A stretch of 44,899 nucleotides of DNA. Origin: Actinomycetota bacterium (GTDB taxonomy: Bacteria; Actinomycetota; Acidimicrobiia; Acidimicrobiales; Acidimicrobilacustridaceae). Shown here piece after piece: positions 18,526-27,996 of this stretch; positions within the stretch are counted from its first letter, which is position 1; each line of letters starts with the position of its first letter. A program made the position numbers and the translations under genes. The notes below the pieces were generated by a model. It saw nothing but the letters and a program-made list of their open reading frames with translations. It ran no database searches and was not told the DNA's origin. The stretch lies in NCBI GenBank assembly GCA_009699125.1, contig WLOT01000001.1, positions 1-44,899 of the forward strand, read 5' to 3'.

Positions 18526-21500
18526 TCAGTCGACGCGAACGAGGCTGAGAGCGATTGACGTTCCGTCGATCTCGATTGTTCGATCGCCGCTTCCGAACTC
18601 GATTGAACGAGCAAGGATCTCGGTGGTGATCGTCTGGCGGTGCGTTTCGATCACAGCGCGGAGTGCTTCGTCTGCATCAATCGTGACGGCAATGCGATCG
18701 GCGATTTCCAGACCGGCGCTCTTGCGCGCATCGTTCAGTGCACGCACAAGTTCGCGAGCTGTTCCTTCTGCTCGGAGCTCATCGTCGAGTTCGAGATCGA
18801 GCGCCACTGCCCAACCGTCGTCTTCGACAAGTGCGAGATCGGCGTGCTTCTCGGCACGAACTTCGACCTCTTCGGCAGTGAGGCGTTCGCCCGCAATTTC
18901 GATCCAGCCGTTCTCGGCAAGTTGCGCTTGGAGTGCAGATCCGTCGGCATCGGCCAAAGCGGCTTTGACCTCGTTGACGCGAGGGCCAAGGCGGGGACCA
19001 AGCAGGCGGAAGTTGGGGATGACAGTCCAGCCCATGAGGCCTGAGAGCGAATCGAGTCGCTCAAGAGTCTTCACATTGAGCTCGGCTTCAATCTCGGCCT
19101 CGATGGCTGCATCAAGGTCGGTTCCGCCGTGGAGGAGCAGGGCTCGGGCAAGAGGCTGACGGACCTTCATCTTCGCGTCGGTGCGAGCAGAACGACCCAA
19201 ACTCACGAGGCGTCGTGCGGCATCCATCTGTTCAGCCAGTGAGGCATCGTGCCGACCCTTGGCCGTGGGCCAGTCGGTGAGGTGCACGGACTGTGCGTCG
19301 GTGAGTGTCGTGTAGATCTCGTCGGCCAAGAACGGACAGAACGGCGCCAACACCTGGGCGATGGTCGTGAGGCATTCGTAGAGGGTTGCATGCGCGGCGG
19401 CGTCGCTGGATTTCCAGAAGCGGGGACGACTGCGGCGCACGTACCAGTTCGAAAGGTCGTCGACGAATTTCGCGATGCGCCCAGAACCGCCAAGCGCATC
19501 GAAGTTCTCGAGTGCAGAGGTGACAGAAGCAACGGTGTCGTCGAGTTCAGAAAGGATCCAACGGTCGAGCACGTGGGTAGGCGCCGTTGCATCCGTGTCG
19601 GGTTGCCAGCCGTCGAGGTCGGCGTATGTCGCGAAGAAGGAGAAGACATTCCAGAGCGTGAGCAGGGTTTGACGTGTTGCTTCGCGAATGCCGTCTTGGA
19701 AAACGCGCCGGGGGGTCCAGGGTTGTCCTGAGGAGAAGAAATACCAGCGCAAAGCATCGGCGCCCAACGTGTCGAAAATGTCGAACGGGGCAATGACGTT
19801 GCCGCGTGACTTCGACATCTTCTGCCCGTTTTCATCGACGATGAGAGCGAGACACACAACGTTCTTGTACGGCGTTGAATCGAAGACCAATGAATTCACC
19901 GCCAGAAGCGAATAGAACCAACCGCGGGTCTGGTCAATGGCTTCGCAAATGAAATCAGCGGGGAACGCACCATCGAATGAGTCTGCGTTTTCGAACGGAT
20001 GATGGCGCTGTGCTGACGGCATTGAGCCGGAGTCGAACCACGCATCGAGCACCGGTGCAACGCGGCGCATGGTGCCGGAGCATCCGTCGGTGCTGCAGTC
20101 GAAGGTGATGTTGTCGACGTGTGGTCGGTGAAGGTCGAGTTCGGTGAGATCGCGACCAGTGAGTGCGCTGAGTTCTTCGACAGAACCGATGCAGTGCTCG
20201 TGACCGTTCGCGTCGCAGCGCCAGATCGGCAGCGGTGTTCCCCAATAGCGATCGCGAGAAAGCGCCCAGTCGATGTTTCCTTCAAGCCACTTTCCGAATC
20301 GACCGTGCTTGATGAATTCGGGATGCCACTCGATGCGTTCGTTTTCTCGCATGAGCAGATCGCGATGTTCTGACGTGCGCACAAACCATGAGGTCTTCGC
20401 CCAGTAGATGAGCGGCGTGCTGCATCGCCAGCAATGCGGGTAACTGTGTTCGTAGGCCTGTTCACGCACGAGAAGTCCTCGTGCACTGAGGTCTGCGATG
20501 ATGTCGCGGTCGGCGTCTTTTACGAAGGTGCCGGTAAACGCAGGAACGGATTCGTCGAATGCTGCATCGGCGTTGACGGGATTGAGGACGGGCAGCTTCT
20601 CTGCTCGACCAACCGCAGCATCGTCTTCGCCGAATGCGGGGGCGAGATGCACGATGCCCGAACCGTCGTCGGTTGTGACGAACTCGGCAGCAACAACGCG
20701 CCATCCGTCGGTACCGGGCGGGGGAGCCAGCGTGTCGAATGGGCGCTCGTAGTGCCAACCAACAAGATCGGCACCCTTGAACTGCTCGACGATGGTCGCA
20801 TCTTCAGGAGCGAGGGCTGCGGCCATGAGGAGGTCGCGGGTTCCGTCAGTTGACGCCACACGCACGTAGTCAATGTCCGGACCTACGGCAGCAGCAACAT
20901 TCGAGATGAGAGTCCAGGGTGTGGTGGTCCAGACCAGGAGGTCGACGTCGCGATCGATGATTGGGAATCGGACGTACACCGACGGGTCAACAACGTCGCG
21001 ATAGACGTCGGGTTGTCCGAGTTCATGGCTCGAGAGTGCGGTGCCACAGCGACCGCAATACGGCGAAACCTTGTGGCCTTCGTAGAGAAGACCCTTGTCC
21101 CAAAGCTGACGGATGAGCCACCACACTGATTCGACATAGGAGTTGTCGAGGGTCCAGTACGCATCGGCGGTATCGATCCACACGCCGGACCGTTCGGTGA
21201 GCGCAGTCCAGTCAGTGACATAGCGCTGAACTGATTCTCGACAGCGTTGATTGAACTCGGCGATGCCAAACGCCTCGATCTCGTGTTTGGTGGAAAGTCC
21301 GAGTTCCTTTTCGACCTCGAGTTCGACGGGAAGGCCGTGACAGTCCCAGCCACCCTTGCGGGGAACATCGCGGCCACGCATGGTCTGGAATCGCGGATAG
21401 ATGTCTTTGAAGACTCGGGCCCAGACGTGATGGAGTCCGGGTCGGCCATTGGCCGTTGGGGGACCCTCGTAGAAGATCCAGGGCTCGCTGCCAGCCCGAA

Positions 21501-21603
21501 GTCGGCGGGTCGCACCGATGGTGTCATCGGTCTTCCAGCGCTCTAGGCGGCGTTGTTCGAGGGTGGGGAGGTCGAGATCTGGGTCGACGGGACCGAATGG
21601 CAT
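18526..21603 (-). CDS. ileS: isoleucine--tRNA ligase, type 2 (IleRS2)
   Basis: [57 protein letters not shown] and NWYVRRSR motifs; type-2 C-terminal domain. Start chosen at ATG 21603. Confidence 0.97.
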   Translation of the reverse strand: MPFGPVDPDLDLPTLEQRRLERWKTDDTIGATRRLRAGSEPWIFYEGPPTANGRPGLHHVWARVFKDIYPRFQTMRGRDVPRKGGWDCHGLPVELEVEKELGLSTKHEIEAFGIAEFNQRCRESVQRYVTDWTALTERSGVWIDTADAYWTLDNSYVESVWWLIRQLWDKGLLYEGHKVSPYCGRCGTALSSHELGQPDVYRDVVDPSVYVRFPIIDRDVDLLVWTTTPWTLISNVAAAVGPDIDYVRVASTDGTRDLLMAAALAPEDATIVEQFKGADLVGWHYERPFDTLAPPPGTDGWRVVAAEFVTTDDGSGIVHLAPAFGEDDAAVGRAEKLPVLNPVNADAAFDESVPAFTGTFVKDADRDIIADLSARGLLVREQAYEHSYPHCWRCSTPLIYWAKTSWFVRTSEHRDLLMRENERIEWHPEFIKHGRFGKWLEGNIDWALSRDRYWGTPLPIWRCDANGHEHCIGSVEELSALTGRDLTELDLHRPHVDNITFDCSTDGCSGTMRRVAPVLDAWFDSGSMPSAQRHHPFENADSFDGAFPADFICEAIDQTRGWFYSLLAVNSLVFDSTPYKNVVCLALIVDENGQKMSKSRGNVIAPFDIFDTLGADALRWYFFSSGQPWTPRRVFQDGIREATRQTLLTLWNVFSFFATYADLDGWQPDTDATAPTHVLDRWILSELDDTVASVTSALENFDALGGSGRIAKFVDDLSNWYVRRSRPRFWKSSDAAAHATLYECLTTIAQVLAPFCPFLADEIYTTLTDAQSVHLTDWPTAKGRHDASLAEQMDAARRLVSLGRSARTDAKMKVRQPLARALLLHGGTDLDAAIEAEIEAELNVKTLERLDSLSGLMGWTVIPNFRLLGPRLGPRVNEVKAALADADGSALQAQLAENGWIEIAGERLTAEEVEVRAEKHADLALVEDDGWAVALDLELDDELRAEGTARELVRALNDARKSAGLEIADRIAVTIDADEALRAVIETHRQTITTEILARSIEFGSGDRTIEIDGTSIALSLVRVD

Positions 21604-21649
21604 GGGGGCCAAGCGTACGCCGTTGCTGAACGGCTTCGGTGCGTGCGGG

Positions 21650-21678
21650 TTGACGTGGGAGGGTGGCGCCCTTACCCT
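21650..21678 (+). promoter_or_regulatory. housekeeping-sigma promoter of the histone-like DksA gene
   Basis: TTGACG (21650-21655), 17 bp spacer, TACCCT (21673-21678); RBS AGGGAG before GTG 21713. Confidence 0.75.
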
Positions 21679-21712
21679 CCGCCGATCCACCGCCACTCAA
21701 GGGAGAACATCC

Positions 21713-22537
21713 GTGGCAGTCAAAAAGGCACCGGCGAAGAAGTCCGCAGCGAAAAAGGCTCCGGCAAAGAAGGCGGCAGTCAAGGCTTCGGCCAAGAAGG
21801 TCGTGAAGAAGGTCGCTCCGGCGAAGAAGGTCGTGAAGAAGGCGGCCCCGGCGAAGAAGGCTCCGGCCAAGAAGGCTCCGGCGAAGAAGGTCGTGAAGAA
21901 GGCGGCCCCGGCCAAGAAGGCTCCGGCGAAGAAGGTCGTGAAGAAGGTCGCTCCGGCGAAGAAGGCCCCGGCCAAGAAAGCCCCGGCGAAGAAGGCTCCG
22001 GCCAAGAAAGCAGCACCAGTCAAGAAGGCCGCGGTCAAAGCTCCAGCTCCGAAAGCTCCGGCGAAGAAGGCAGCACCAGTCAAGAAGGCCGAAGCCGCAC
22101 CTGCACTTGCTCCTCGTCCAAATCGACTTCCGGCGATTCCGAAGGAACCCAAGAAGATCAAGTACCCGTTCGACGCCAAGTTCCTCGATGCGCAGCGCTT
22201 GCACCTGCTTGAAGAGCGTCGTCGACTCGTTCATGATGCCGAAGCACTTACGGCCGAGGCCAACTCGCTCGCAGAGTTGCGTGAGCCTGGCGATGTGCAG
22301 TTCGACGAAGAGTCGGGCGAAGGCGACACACTTGCCGTTGAGCGTGAGCGTGACCTTGCCCTGTCGGCACAGTTCCTCGACCAGGTCGATGAAATCGATC
22401 GGGCCATGGCCAAGATTGGTCAAGGGACCTACGGCATTTGCGAGATTTCCGGTCTCGCCATTCCGAAGGAACGCCTCCGTGCGATTCCGTGGTGTCGCGA
22501 GCGTGTCGAGTACAAGGTCGGCAACTTCCGACGCTGA
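21713..22537 (+). CDS. histone-H1-like (PAKK repeat) / TraR-DksA family fusion protein, DdbA-like
   Basis: About 125 aa Lys/Ala/Pro/Val repeat N-terminus. C-terminal coiled coil plus [23 protein letters not shown]. The ileS/lspA neighbourhood matches Streptomyces ddbA. Confidence 0.88.
   Translation: MAVKKAPAKKSAAKKAPAKKAAVKASAKKVVKKVAPAKKVVKKAAPAKKAPAKKAPAKKVVKKAAPAKKAPAKKVVKKVAPAKKAPAKKAPAKKAPAKKAAPVKKAAVKAPAPKAPAKKAAPVKKAEAAPALAPRPNRLPAIPKEPKKIKYPFDAKFLDAQRLHLLEERRRLVHDAEALTAEANSLAELREPGDVQFDEESGEGDTLAVERERDLALSAQFLDQVDEIDRAMAKIGQGTYGICEISGLAIPKERLRAIPWCRERVEYKVGNFRR
21719..22092 (+). repeat. coding tandem repeats (15-bp AKKAP and 30-bp [10 protein letters not shown] units)
   Basis: Recurrent GC(G/C)AAGAAGGCTCCG and GCGAAGAAGGTCGTGAAGAAGG units inside the DksA-like gene. 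Confidence 0.9.
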
Positions 22538-22578
22538 ACAACCACGGTTCGGGCAGAACAGCCCCTAGGTTGGAACCC

Positions 22579-23121
22579 GTGACAACGTCGACTGCATCCG
22601 CCACAACGGCACCCACGCATCGGGTGCTGTTTGGTGCGGTCGCTGTCGGATGGGTGATCGCCGACCAACTTTCAAAGTGGTGGGCTGTTTCCTCGCTCGA
22701 TGACCGCACGGTCGATGTTGTCTGGACACTTCGATTTCATCTGACGGTGAATTACGGAGCTTCGTTCAGCCTCGGCACGGGGTTTGGCGCCTGGATCGGG
22801 GTCCTTGCGCTTGTTGTCGTCGGGATCTTGGTCTGGAAAGGCGGTTCCGTTCGCACCCGCTTGGGTGCGGTCGCGCTCGGCATGATCGTTGGCGGCGCAC
22901 TCGGCAATGTTCTCGATCGTGCATTTCGAGGCGATGCCGGGTTCTTCCAAGGCGGCGTGATCGACTTCATCGACTTTCAGTGGTGGCCGGTTTTCAACGT
23001 TGCCGATATCGGCGTCGTTTGTGGCGCAATCCTCCTGGTGATCTCCACTCTTCTAACTCCAGCATCTGACGCGTATGACAGTGCTGGCGAAACTTCATCC
23101 TCAACGATCGAGAGCAACTGA
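22579..23121 (+). CDS. lspA: lipoprotein signal peptidase II
   Basis: [28 protein letters not shown] and WPVFNVAD motifs. GTG 22579 lies 7 nt after TAGGTT. Confidence 0.95.
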   Translation: MTTSTASATTAPTHRVLFGAVAVGWVIADQLSKWWAVSSLDDRTVDVVWTLRFHLTVNYGASFSLGTGFGAWIGVLALVVVGILVWKGGSVRTRLGAVALGMIVGGALGNVLDRAFRGDAGFFQGGVIDFIDFQWWPVFNVADIGVVCGAILLVISTLLTPASDAYDSAGETSSSTIESN

Positions 23122-23122
23122 C

Positions 23123-24064
23123 ATGGCCTATATCGAGGTCATTCCCGAATCATTAGCCGGCGAACGCATCGATCGGGTCGTTGCGATGATTACCGGCGCA
23201 AGTCGCACACGTGTCACTGAGTGGCTTGATCAGGGACTCGTTGTTTGTAACGACAAAGTTGTTGCAACTCGTTCGCGTCGAGTTGCCGATGGCGACACTG
23301 TGCAGGTCAACGTTGAACCCGATCTCGGACCGGAACCGCTCATCGCCGAACCCGGTATCAATGTGCCGATCGTGTATGTCGATGACGACGTCATTGTGAT
23401 CGACAAGCCGGCTGGTCTCGTTGTGCATCCCGGTGCAGGAAATGCGACTGGCACGCTTGTTCAGGCCATGCTCGCGATCTATCCCGAGATCGCCAACATC
23501 GGCGAACCAGAACGACCGGGCGTCGTGCATCGTCTCGACAAAGACACCTCCGGACTCATGCTCATGGCGCGCTCACCCGAAGCGCATGTCGAACTCAGTT
23601 CGATGTTGGCCGAGCACGAAGTGGAACGCACCTACCTGACACTTGTTTGGGGTATTCCCGAAGCGGGTAGCGGTCTGATCGATGCGCCTATTGGCCGATC
23701 AACTCGTGAGCCAACCAAGATGGTCGTGAGCGCGCAAGGGCGCGAAGCGCGAACTCGTTACACCGTGCTTGAAACGTTCGAGGAGCCCGTTCCGTGTGCG
23801 TTGGTCGAGTGTCGTCTCGAAACAGGACGCACCCATCAGATCCGCGTTCACATGGCAGCTATCGGTCATTCGGTGGTCGGTGACGATCGCTATCGGGGTG
23901 CTCGAGCTGCAATCGAAACGCCGCGCATCTTTTTGCATTCGGCCGCGCTCGCGTTCGACCATCCAGTGCGTCTCGATGAGCGACTCGAATTCGTCTCAGA
24001 ACTTCCCGAAGATCTTGCGGCAGTACTCGATCGAATCAGGAACCAGACGCCCACGGTGGAGTGA
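23123..24064 (+). CDS. rluD: RluA/RluD family pseudouridine synthase
   Basis: S4-like N-terminus (ERIDRVVA), DKPAGLVVHP, VHRLDKDTSG, LETGRTHQIRVH and VGDDRY motifs. Confidence 0.93.
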   Translation: MAYIEVIPESLAGERIDRVVAMITGASRTRVTEWLDQGLVVCNDKVVATRSRRVADGDTVQVNVEPDLGPEPLIAEPGINVPIVYVDDDVIVIDKPAGLVVHPGAGNATGTLVQAMLAIYPEIANIGEPERPGVVHRLDKDTSGLMLMARSPEAHVELSSMLAEHEVERTYLTLVWGIPEAGSGLIDAPIGRSTREPTKMVVSAQGREARTRYTVLETFEEPVPCALVECRLETGRTHQIRVHMAAIGHSVVGDDRYRGARAAIETPRIFLHSAALAFDHPVRLDERLEFVSELPEDLAAVLDRIRNQTPTVE

Positions 24065-24521
24065 CCGTGGGTGTGGTGGCAACTTCGGTTGGCCACTTGC
24101 CCTGGCCTCGGGCCATCGAAACGATGTCGGCCAAGGTTGCGGCTTCGAGATAGCGACGCATGTGTTCGCCGACGTCGTCCCACACGGCAAGCAAGACGCA
24201 TTGGCCTTCGTGGTCGCAGGCACCGTCGGTGTGAGGTTGACCGAAATCTCCGGCGACGATTGGGCCGTCAACTGCGCTGACGATGTCGGACAGACTGATT
24301 TCCTCAGGAGCGCGAGCCAAGACGTAACCGCCGCCGACGCCGCGCTTTGATCGAACGAGACCGGCGCCTTTGAGGGCGAGAAGGATCTGCTCGAGATAGG
24401 GCTGGGGGAGACCCGTGCGCTCGGCGATGTCGCGGACCGACGTGGGCCCGCCCTCGTCAGAGTGCAAAGCCAGGGACAGCAGTGCCCTGCTCGCGTAGTC
24501 GCCTCGGGTCGATACCTTCAC
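24036..24521 (-). CDS. Rrf2 family transcriptional regulator
   Basis: STRGDYA, YLEQILLALK and VRSKRGVGGGYVLAR motifs. Two Cys (CDHEGQC). GTG 24521 lies 7 nt after TACGAT. Confidence 0.93.
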   Translation of the reverse strand: MKVSTRGDYASRALLSLALHSDEGGPTSVRDIAERTGLPQPYLEQILLALKGAGLVRSKRGVGGGYVLARAPEEISLSDIVSAVDGPIVAGDFGQPHTDGACDHEGQCVLLAVWDDVGEHMRRYLEAATLADIVSMARGQGKWPTEVATTPTVTPPWASGS

Positions 24522-24598
24522 GCACGGCATCGTAGGGGGAAGCGGCCGAGTCGGGGACATAGTGGCCTCCGCACTACCGTGCTTGTCGGAGGACCACC

Positions 24599-25732
24599 GT
24601 GGATTCCCGATCTTCAACAACTGCAGCTTCGCCTGATGGGCTTGTGCTTCCCGACTATGCCGGGGCCTGCATCTCGAACATCGTTCCGGCCCTGCTCGAT
24701 CCGTCGAACCCATGGCCCGCATGGATTCCCGAGGTCGCGGCTGATGCCGATCAGGTTGTCCTCTTGGTCCTCGATGGCATCGGCTGGAACCAGTTGATCG
24801 AACGTCGTCATCTCGCCCCGACGCTTTCGGCGATGACCGGAGGTCCCATCACCAGCGTGGCGCCGACGACTACTGCAACTGCACTCACGTCGATAAGCAC
24901 CGGTGTCGCCCCGGGACTGCACGGGATCATGGGTTACCGAATGACTATCGGTCGCGACGTGCTCAATGTTTTGCGCTGGTCGGCGAACGGACGCGATGCA
25001 CGCAAGACGATTCTTCCCGAGTCGATTCAAACGCTTGACGCGTTTGAAGGTCAACGTCCTCCGGTCATTACGCGTTCGGAATTTCGCGACTCCGGTTTCA
25101 CTCGCGCTCACCTCGACAAGACGCGCCTTTTGGGTTGGCGGGTTTCATCAACGTTGGTTACCGAAATTGCTGCGGCGGTCAATCGCAACGAACCATTCGT
25201 CTATGCGTATTACGACGGCATCGACAAGATCGCGCATGAGTTCGGACTAGATGCTCATTACGACGCCGAGTTTGCGTTTGTTGATCGTCTCGTCGCCGAC
25301 GTGCTGAGCGTGTTGCCGCCTGGCGCGGTGCTGGTAGTGACGTCGGACCACGGACAGGTCGACGTTGGCGACGATGTCGTCACTCCCGACTCCTCAGTGA
25401 TGGCGCACGTAGATCTGCAATCGGGTGAAGGCCGATTCCGTTGGCTTCATGCCCGACCCGGTCATGCGCGTGCCCTTTTCGACGATGCAACGGCGAAACA
25501 TTCAGATCGATCATGGGTCGTCTCGGTCGATCAGGTGATTGACGAAGGCTGGTTTGGCTCCGAGGTCACCGATGCTGCAAGGTCTCGCCTTGGCGACGTT
25601 GCGCTGGTTGCCAGAGAGGCCATGGCCTTCTCTGATCCAGCTGATAGCGGGGCATTCCCGTTGCGGGCTCGTCACGGCTCACTCACTGCCGACGAGATGT
25701 TTGTGCCGCTGTTGTGCCAGGTCAGCACCTGA
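24599..25732 (+). CDS. alkaline phosphatase superfamily (nucleotide pyrophosphatase/phosphodiesterase-like) protein
   Basis: LVLDGIG, VAPTTTATA (Thr nucleophile), DKIAHEFG, TSDHG and RHGSLT metal-ligand motifs. RBS GGAGG. Confidence 0.88.
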   Translation: MDSRSSTTAASPDGLVLPDYAGACISNIVPALLDPSNPWPAWIPEVAADADQVVLLVLDGIGWNQLIERRHLAPTLSAMTGGPITSVAPTTTATALTSISTGVAPGLHGIMGYRMTIGRDVLNVLRWSANGRDARKTILPESIQTLDAFEGQRPPVITRSEFRDSGFTRAHLDKTRLLGWRVSSTLVTEIAAAVNRNEPFVYAYYDGIDKIAHEFGLDAHYDAEFAFVDRLVADVLSVLPPGAVLVVTSDHGQVDVGDDVVTPDSSVMAHVDLQSGEGRFRWLHARPGHARALFDDATAKHSDRSWVVSVDQVIDEGWFGSEVTDAARSRLGDVALVAREAMAFSDPADSGAFPLRARHGSLTADEMFVPLLCQVST

Positions 25733-27412
25733 TCAGACGGGTTCAGGTGCTGTACAAGGCGCCCGGGTCACGTCTGCGGTGTGAGACGAACCGGATCGGC
25801 CGATGATCGTGAGATCGGGGCATCGGGCGAGCACGACGAGTCCACGCGAGATGTAGGCATCAATATCAGTCTCTGGTCGCATGTCGGCCGATGCGACCAC
25901 AAGCGAATCGTTGTCGTTGGTGATCGAGACCACCTGATCGATCTGATCCTCGTAGGCCGGATTCGGTTGCGTTGTCGTCGCAACGATTGAGAGCGGAAGT
26001 TTGTACGCAGTCAATCGGGCGGCGTTCCATGCCTCGGGAGGGTCATCGGTGAAGATGAACGTGTCGCGAGGGATGTTGTGGAGAGGGGAACCAGCAGTTG
26101 CCGTCACCTCAGAGTTATGAAGGAACCCCCAATAGGAACGGGCATCGGCAAGTTGCGTGATGGTGGAGAATGCAACGGCCAGCGCCGCAATGCTGAGGAG
26201 TGCCAGCGTGGCCAGTTGCATTTTGGGCCAATAGCGACGAACGACCTCGACGATCTCGATGGCGAGCAAGAGATACACCGATGCTTGGACGGGGGTCAGA
26301 AAGCGAGGGTTGATGTCCACGATCGCGTCGAGGAAAAGAACCGTGAGTATCAAACCGGTGACGTAAACGACGCTGTAGGTGCCGAGTGCAAGAGCGATCG
26401 TTCGTCGGTCGGGAGTGCGTCCGCGATTGACGACGGCGAGAACGATCGGAGCGATGACGAGTAGGACCAACACAACGGCTCGCAGCGCAATCGGAAGCGT
26501 CTTCGGCAACAGGAACCATTGCCCCATCACGTCGACGAGGGGCTCGAAGATCGGTGATGGGTGCCATGCGATCGTTTTCGGAGAACCGCCTGCGATGACC
26601 GAGATTCCGATAATCGTGGCCGGACCGATTGCGAGAAGCATGCTGGCCCAGAGAACGCGGCTCCGACGAGTTCGCCGGCCATCTGCGGCGATAGCGACCG
26701 CGCAGGCGACACCACAGGCGATACCGGTGAATCGGGTCAATGTCGAAGCAAAGATGACCGCGGCGACAAGGGCGAGGCGGATCCGATCAAGGGTCCTGGG
26801 TGAGAGTGATTGAAGCTCGGGAAGCTTGATGGCGCAGACCGTGAGTGCGAGGAGGGACAACGGCAAAGCGAGTCGTTCAGAGAGGATCAATGGAGACCAT
26901 GGAAGCGGACCTGACAACAACCCGTACTCAGGTGAACCAGGCCCTATGAGCGCGAGAACAGTGATCGCCACGATCGGAAGTGCTCGCCGACCCAGTCCGA
27001 TTCTGGCTGCACCAGCGACGGCAGTAGCCAACAGCACGAGTCCCACGATCGAGACAACTCGAGCTCCGGTTTGGGCGGGAAAACCCAACCCATCGGCGGC
27101 CGCTAGTGCGAGCGGGTAGCCGGGCGGTTGCTCCGAAAGTGGGAGGGCATTGCCCCATGCCACCTGCTGAAGCGGTGATGCTCGTTCTGTCATGAGCGCA
27201 AAGGGAGTAGTGAGACCCCTTCCAGCGGAGATATTCGATGCAGCTCCTCTATATGCGATCGAGTCGGGAACTCCTCCGACCATGTTCCCGCTCGTAAACC
27301 AGAGCCCAATTGCGACCGTGGCGATCAAGATGACGGCGAGAACGAGTGGCATTGTCGATCGACCGATTCGAGTGCGCTCGATTCGGTTGGACGAAACATC
27401 GCCTGTGATCAC
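25733..27412 (-). CDS. polytopic membrane protein, probable GT-C fold glycosyltransferase
   Basis: Many hydrophobic segments. PDSIAY after TM1, PPGYPLAL, LSERL and LTRFTG, as seen in ArnT/PMT-like GT-C proteins. Confidence 0.6.
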   Translation of the reverse strand: MITGDVSSNRIERTRIGRSTMPLVLAVILIATVAIGLWFTSGNMVGGVPDSIAYRGAASNISAGRGLTTPFALMTERASPLQQVAWGNALPLSEQPPGYPLALAAADGLGFPAQTGARVVSIVGLVLLATAVAGAARIGLGRRALPIVAITVLALIGPGSPEYGLLSGPLPWSPLILSERLALPLSLLALTVCAIKLPELQSLSPRTLDRIRLALVAAVIFASTLTRFTGIACGVACAVAIAADGRRTRRSRVLWASMLLAIGPATIIGISVIAGGSPKTIAWHPSPIFEPLVDVMGQWFLLPKTLPIALRAVVLVLLVIAPIVLAVVNRGRTPDRRTIALALGTYSVVYVTGLILTVLFLDAIVDINPRFLTPVQASVYLLLAIEIVEVVRRYWPKMQLATLALLSIAALAVAFSTITQLADARSYWGFLHNSEVTATAGSPLHNIPRDTFIFTDDPPEAWNAARLTAYKLPLSIVATTTQPNPAYEDQIDQVVSITNDNDSLVVASADMRPETDIDAYISRGLVVLARCPDLTIIGRSGSSHTADVTRAPCTAPEPV

Positions 27413-27475
27413 TTGCGGAGATTATCGCTCGTCGCGTCAAGCGCGACGCTTACGGGCAGTGGCATGCTCTAGAGC

Positions 27476-27982
27476 ATGGAGAAAGAAATCGGCGATGTAG
27501 AGATTCTCTCGACCAGTGGGTCGGCGGTGTCTGCAGCAACCGAACCGGATGACACCGAGCGTGAAATCGTTTCCGAGCCGGCCAAGGTGATGCGCGTCGG
27601 CTCGATGATCAAACAACTCCTCGACGAGGTTCGCCAAACCGAACTCGACGAACCATCGCGAGTCAGACTTCGGGCGATCTACGACACATCGATTGAAGAA
27701 CTTGGTTCCGCTCTTTCGCCGGATCTGCGTGACGAGTTGAAACGACTTGCCTTCCCCTTCGCCGAAGATGGAACGCCAACCGATATCGAGTTGAGGGTGG
27801 CCCAAGCGCAGCTCGTTGGCTGGCTCGAAGGTCTTTTCCACGGCATTCAGGCCACGCTGTTTGCTCAGCAAATGGCGGCCCGTCAGCAGCTTGAGAACAT
27901 GCGGGGAGAACTACCGCCCGGGGCCGGTCGCCCAGGTCCGGGAATGCCCGAACCCGAGGACCGCCCCGGGACCTACCTCTAA
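27476..27982 (+). CDS. bpa: bacterial proteasome activator Bpa (PafE)
   Basis: PAKVMRVGSMIKQLLDEVR, LSPDLRDEL, ELRVAQAQLVGWLEGLFHGIQ and C-terminal GTYL (HbYX-type) motifs. Confidence 0.93.
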   Translation: MEKEIGDVEILSTSGSAVSAATEPDDTEREIVSEPAKVMRVGSMIKQLLDEVRQTELDEPSRVRLRAIYDTSIEELGSALSPDLRDELKRLAFPFAEDGTPTDIELRVAQAQLVGWLEGLFHGIQATLFAQQMAARQQLENMRGELPPGAGRPGPGMPEPEDRPGTYL

Positions 27983-27996
27983 AACTCAGTTCGTCT

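Noticed and set aside
21719-22092. Repeat array as CRISPR or mobile-element repeats
   Set aside because: Repeats are in-frame multiples of 3 with no unique spacers, and there are no cas or transposase genes.
21524-22423. Long antisense and alternate-frame ORFs over the PAKK repeats (299, 219 and 160 aa)
   Set aside because: Stop-free by-products of the low-complexity repeat; no independent start signals or motifs.
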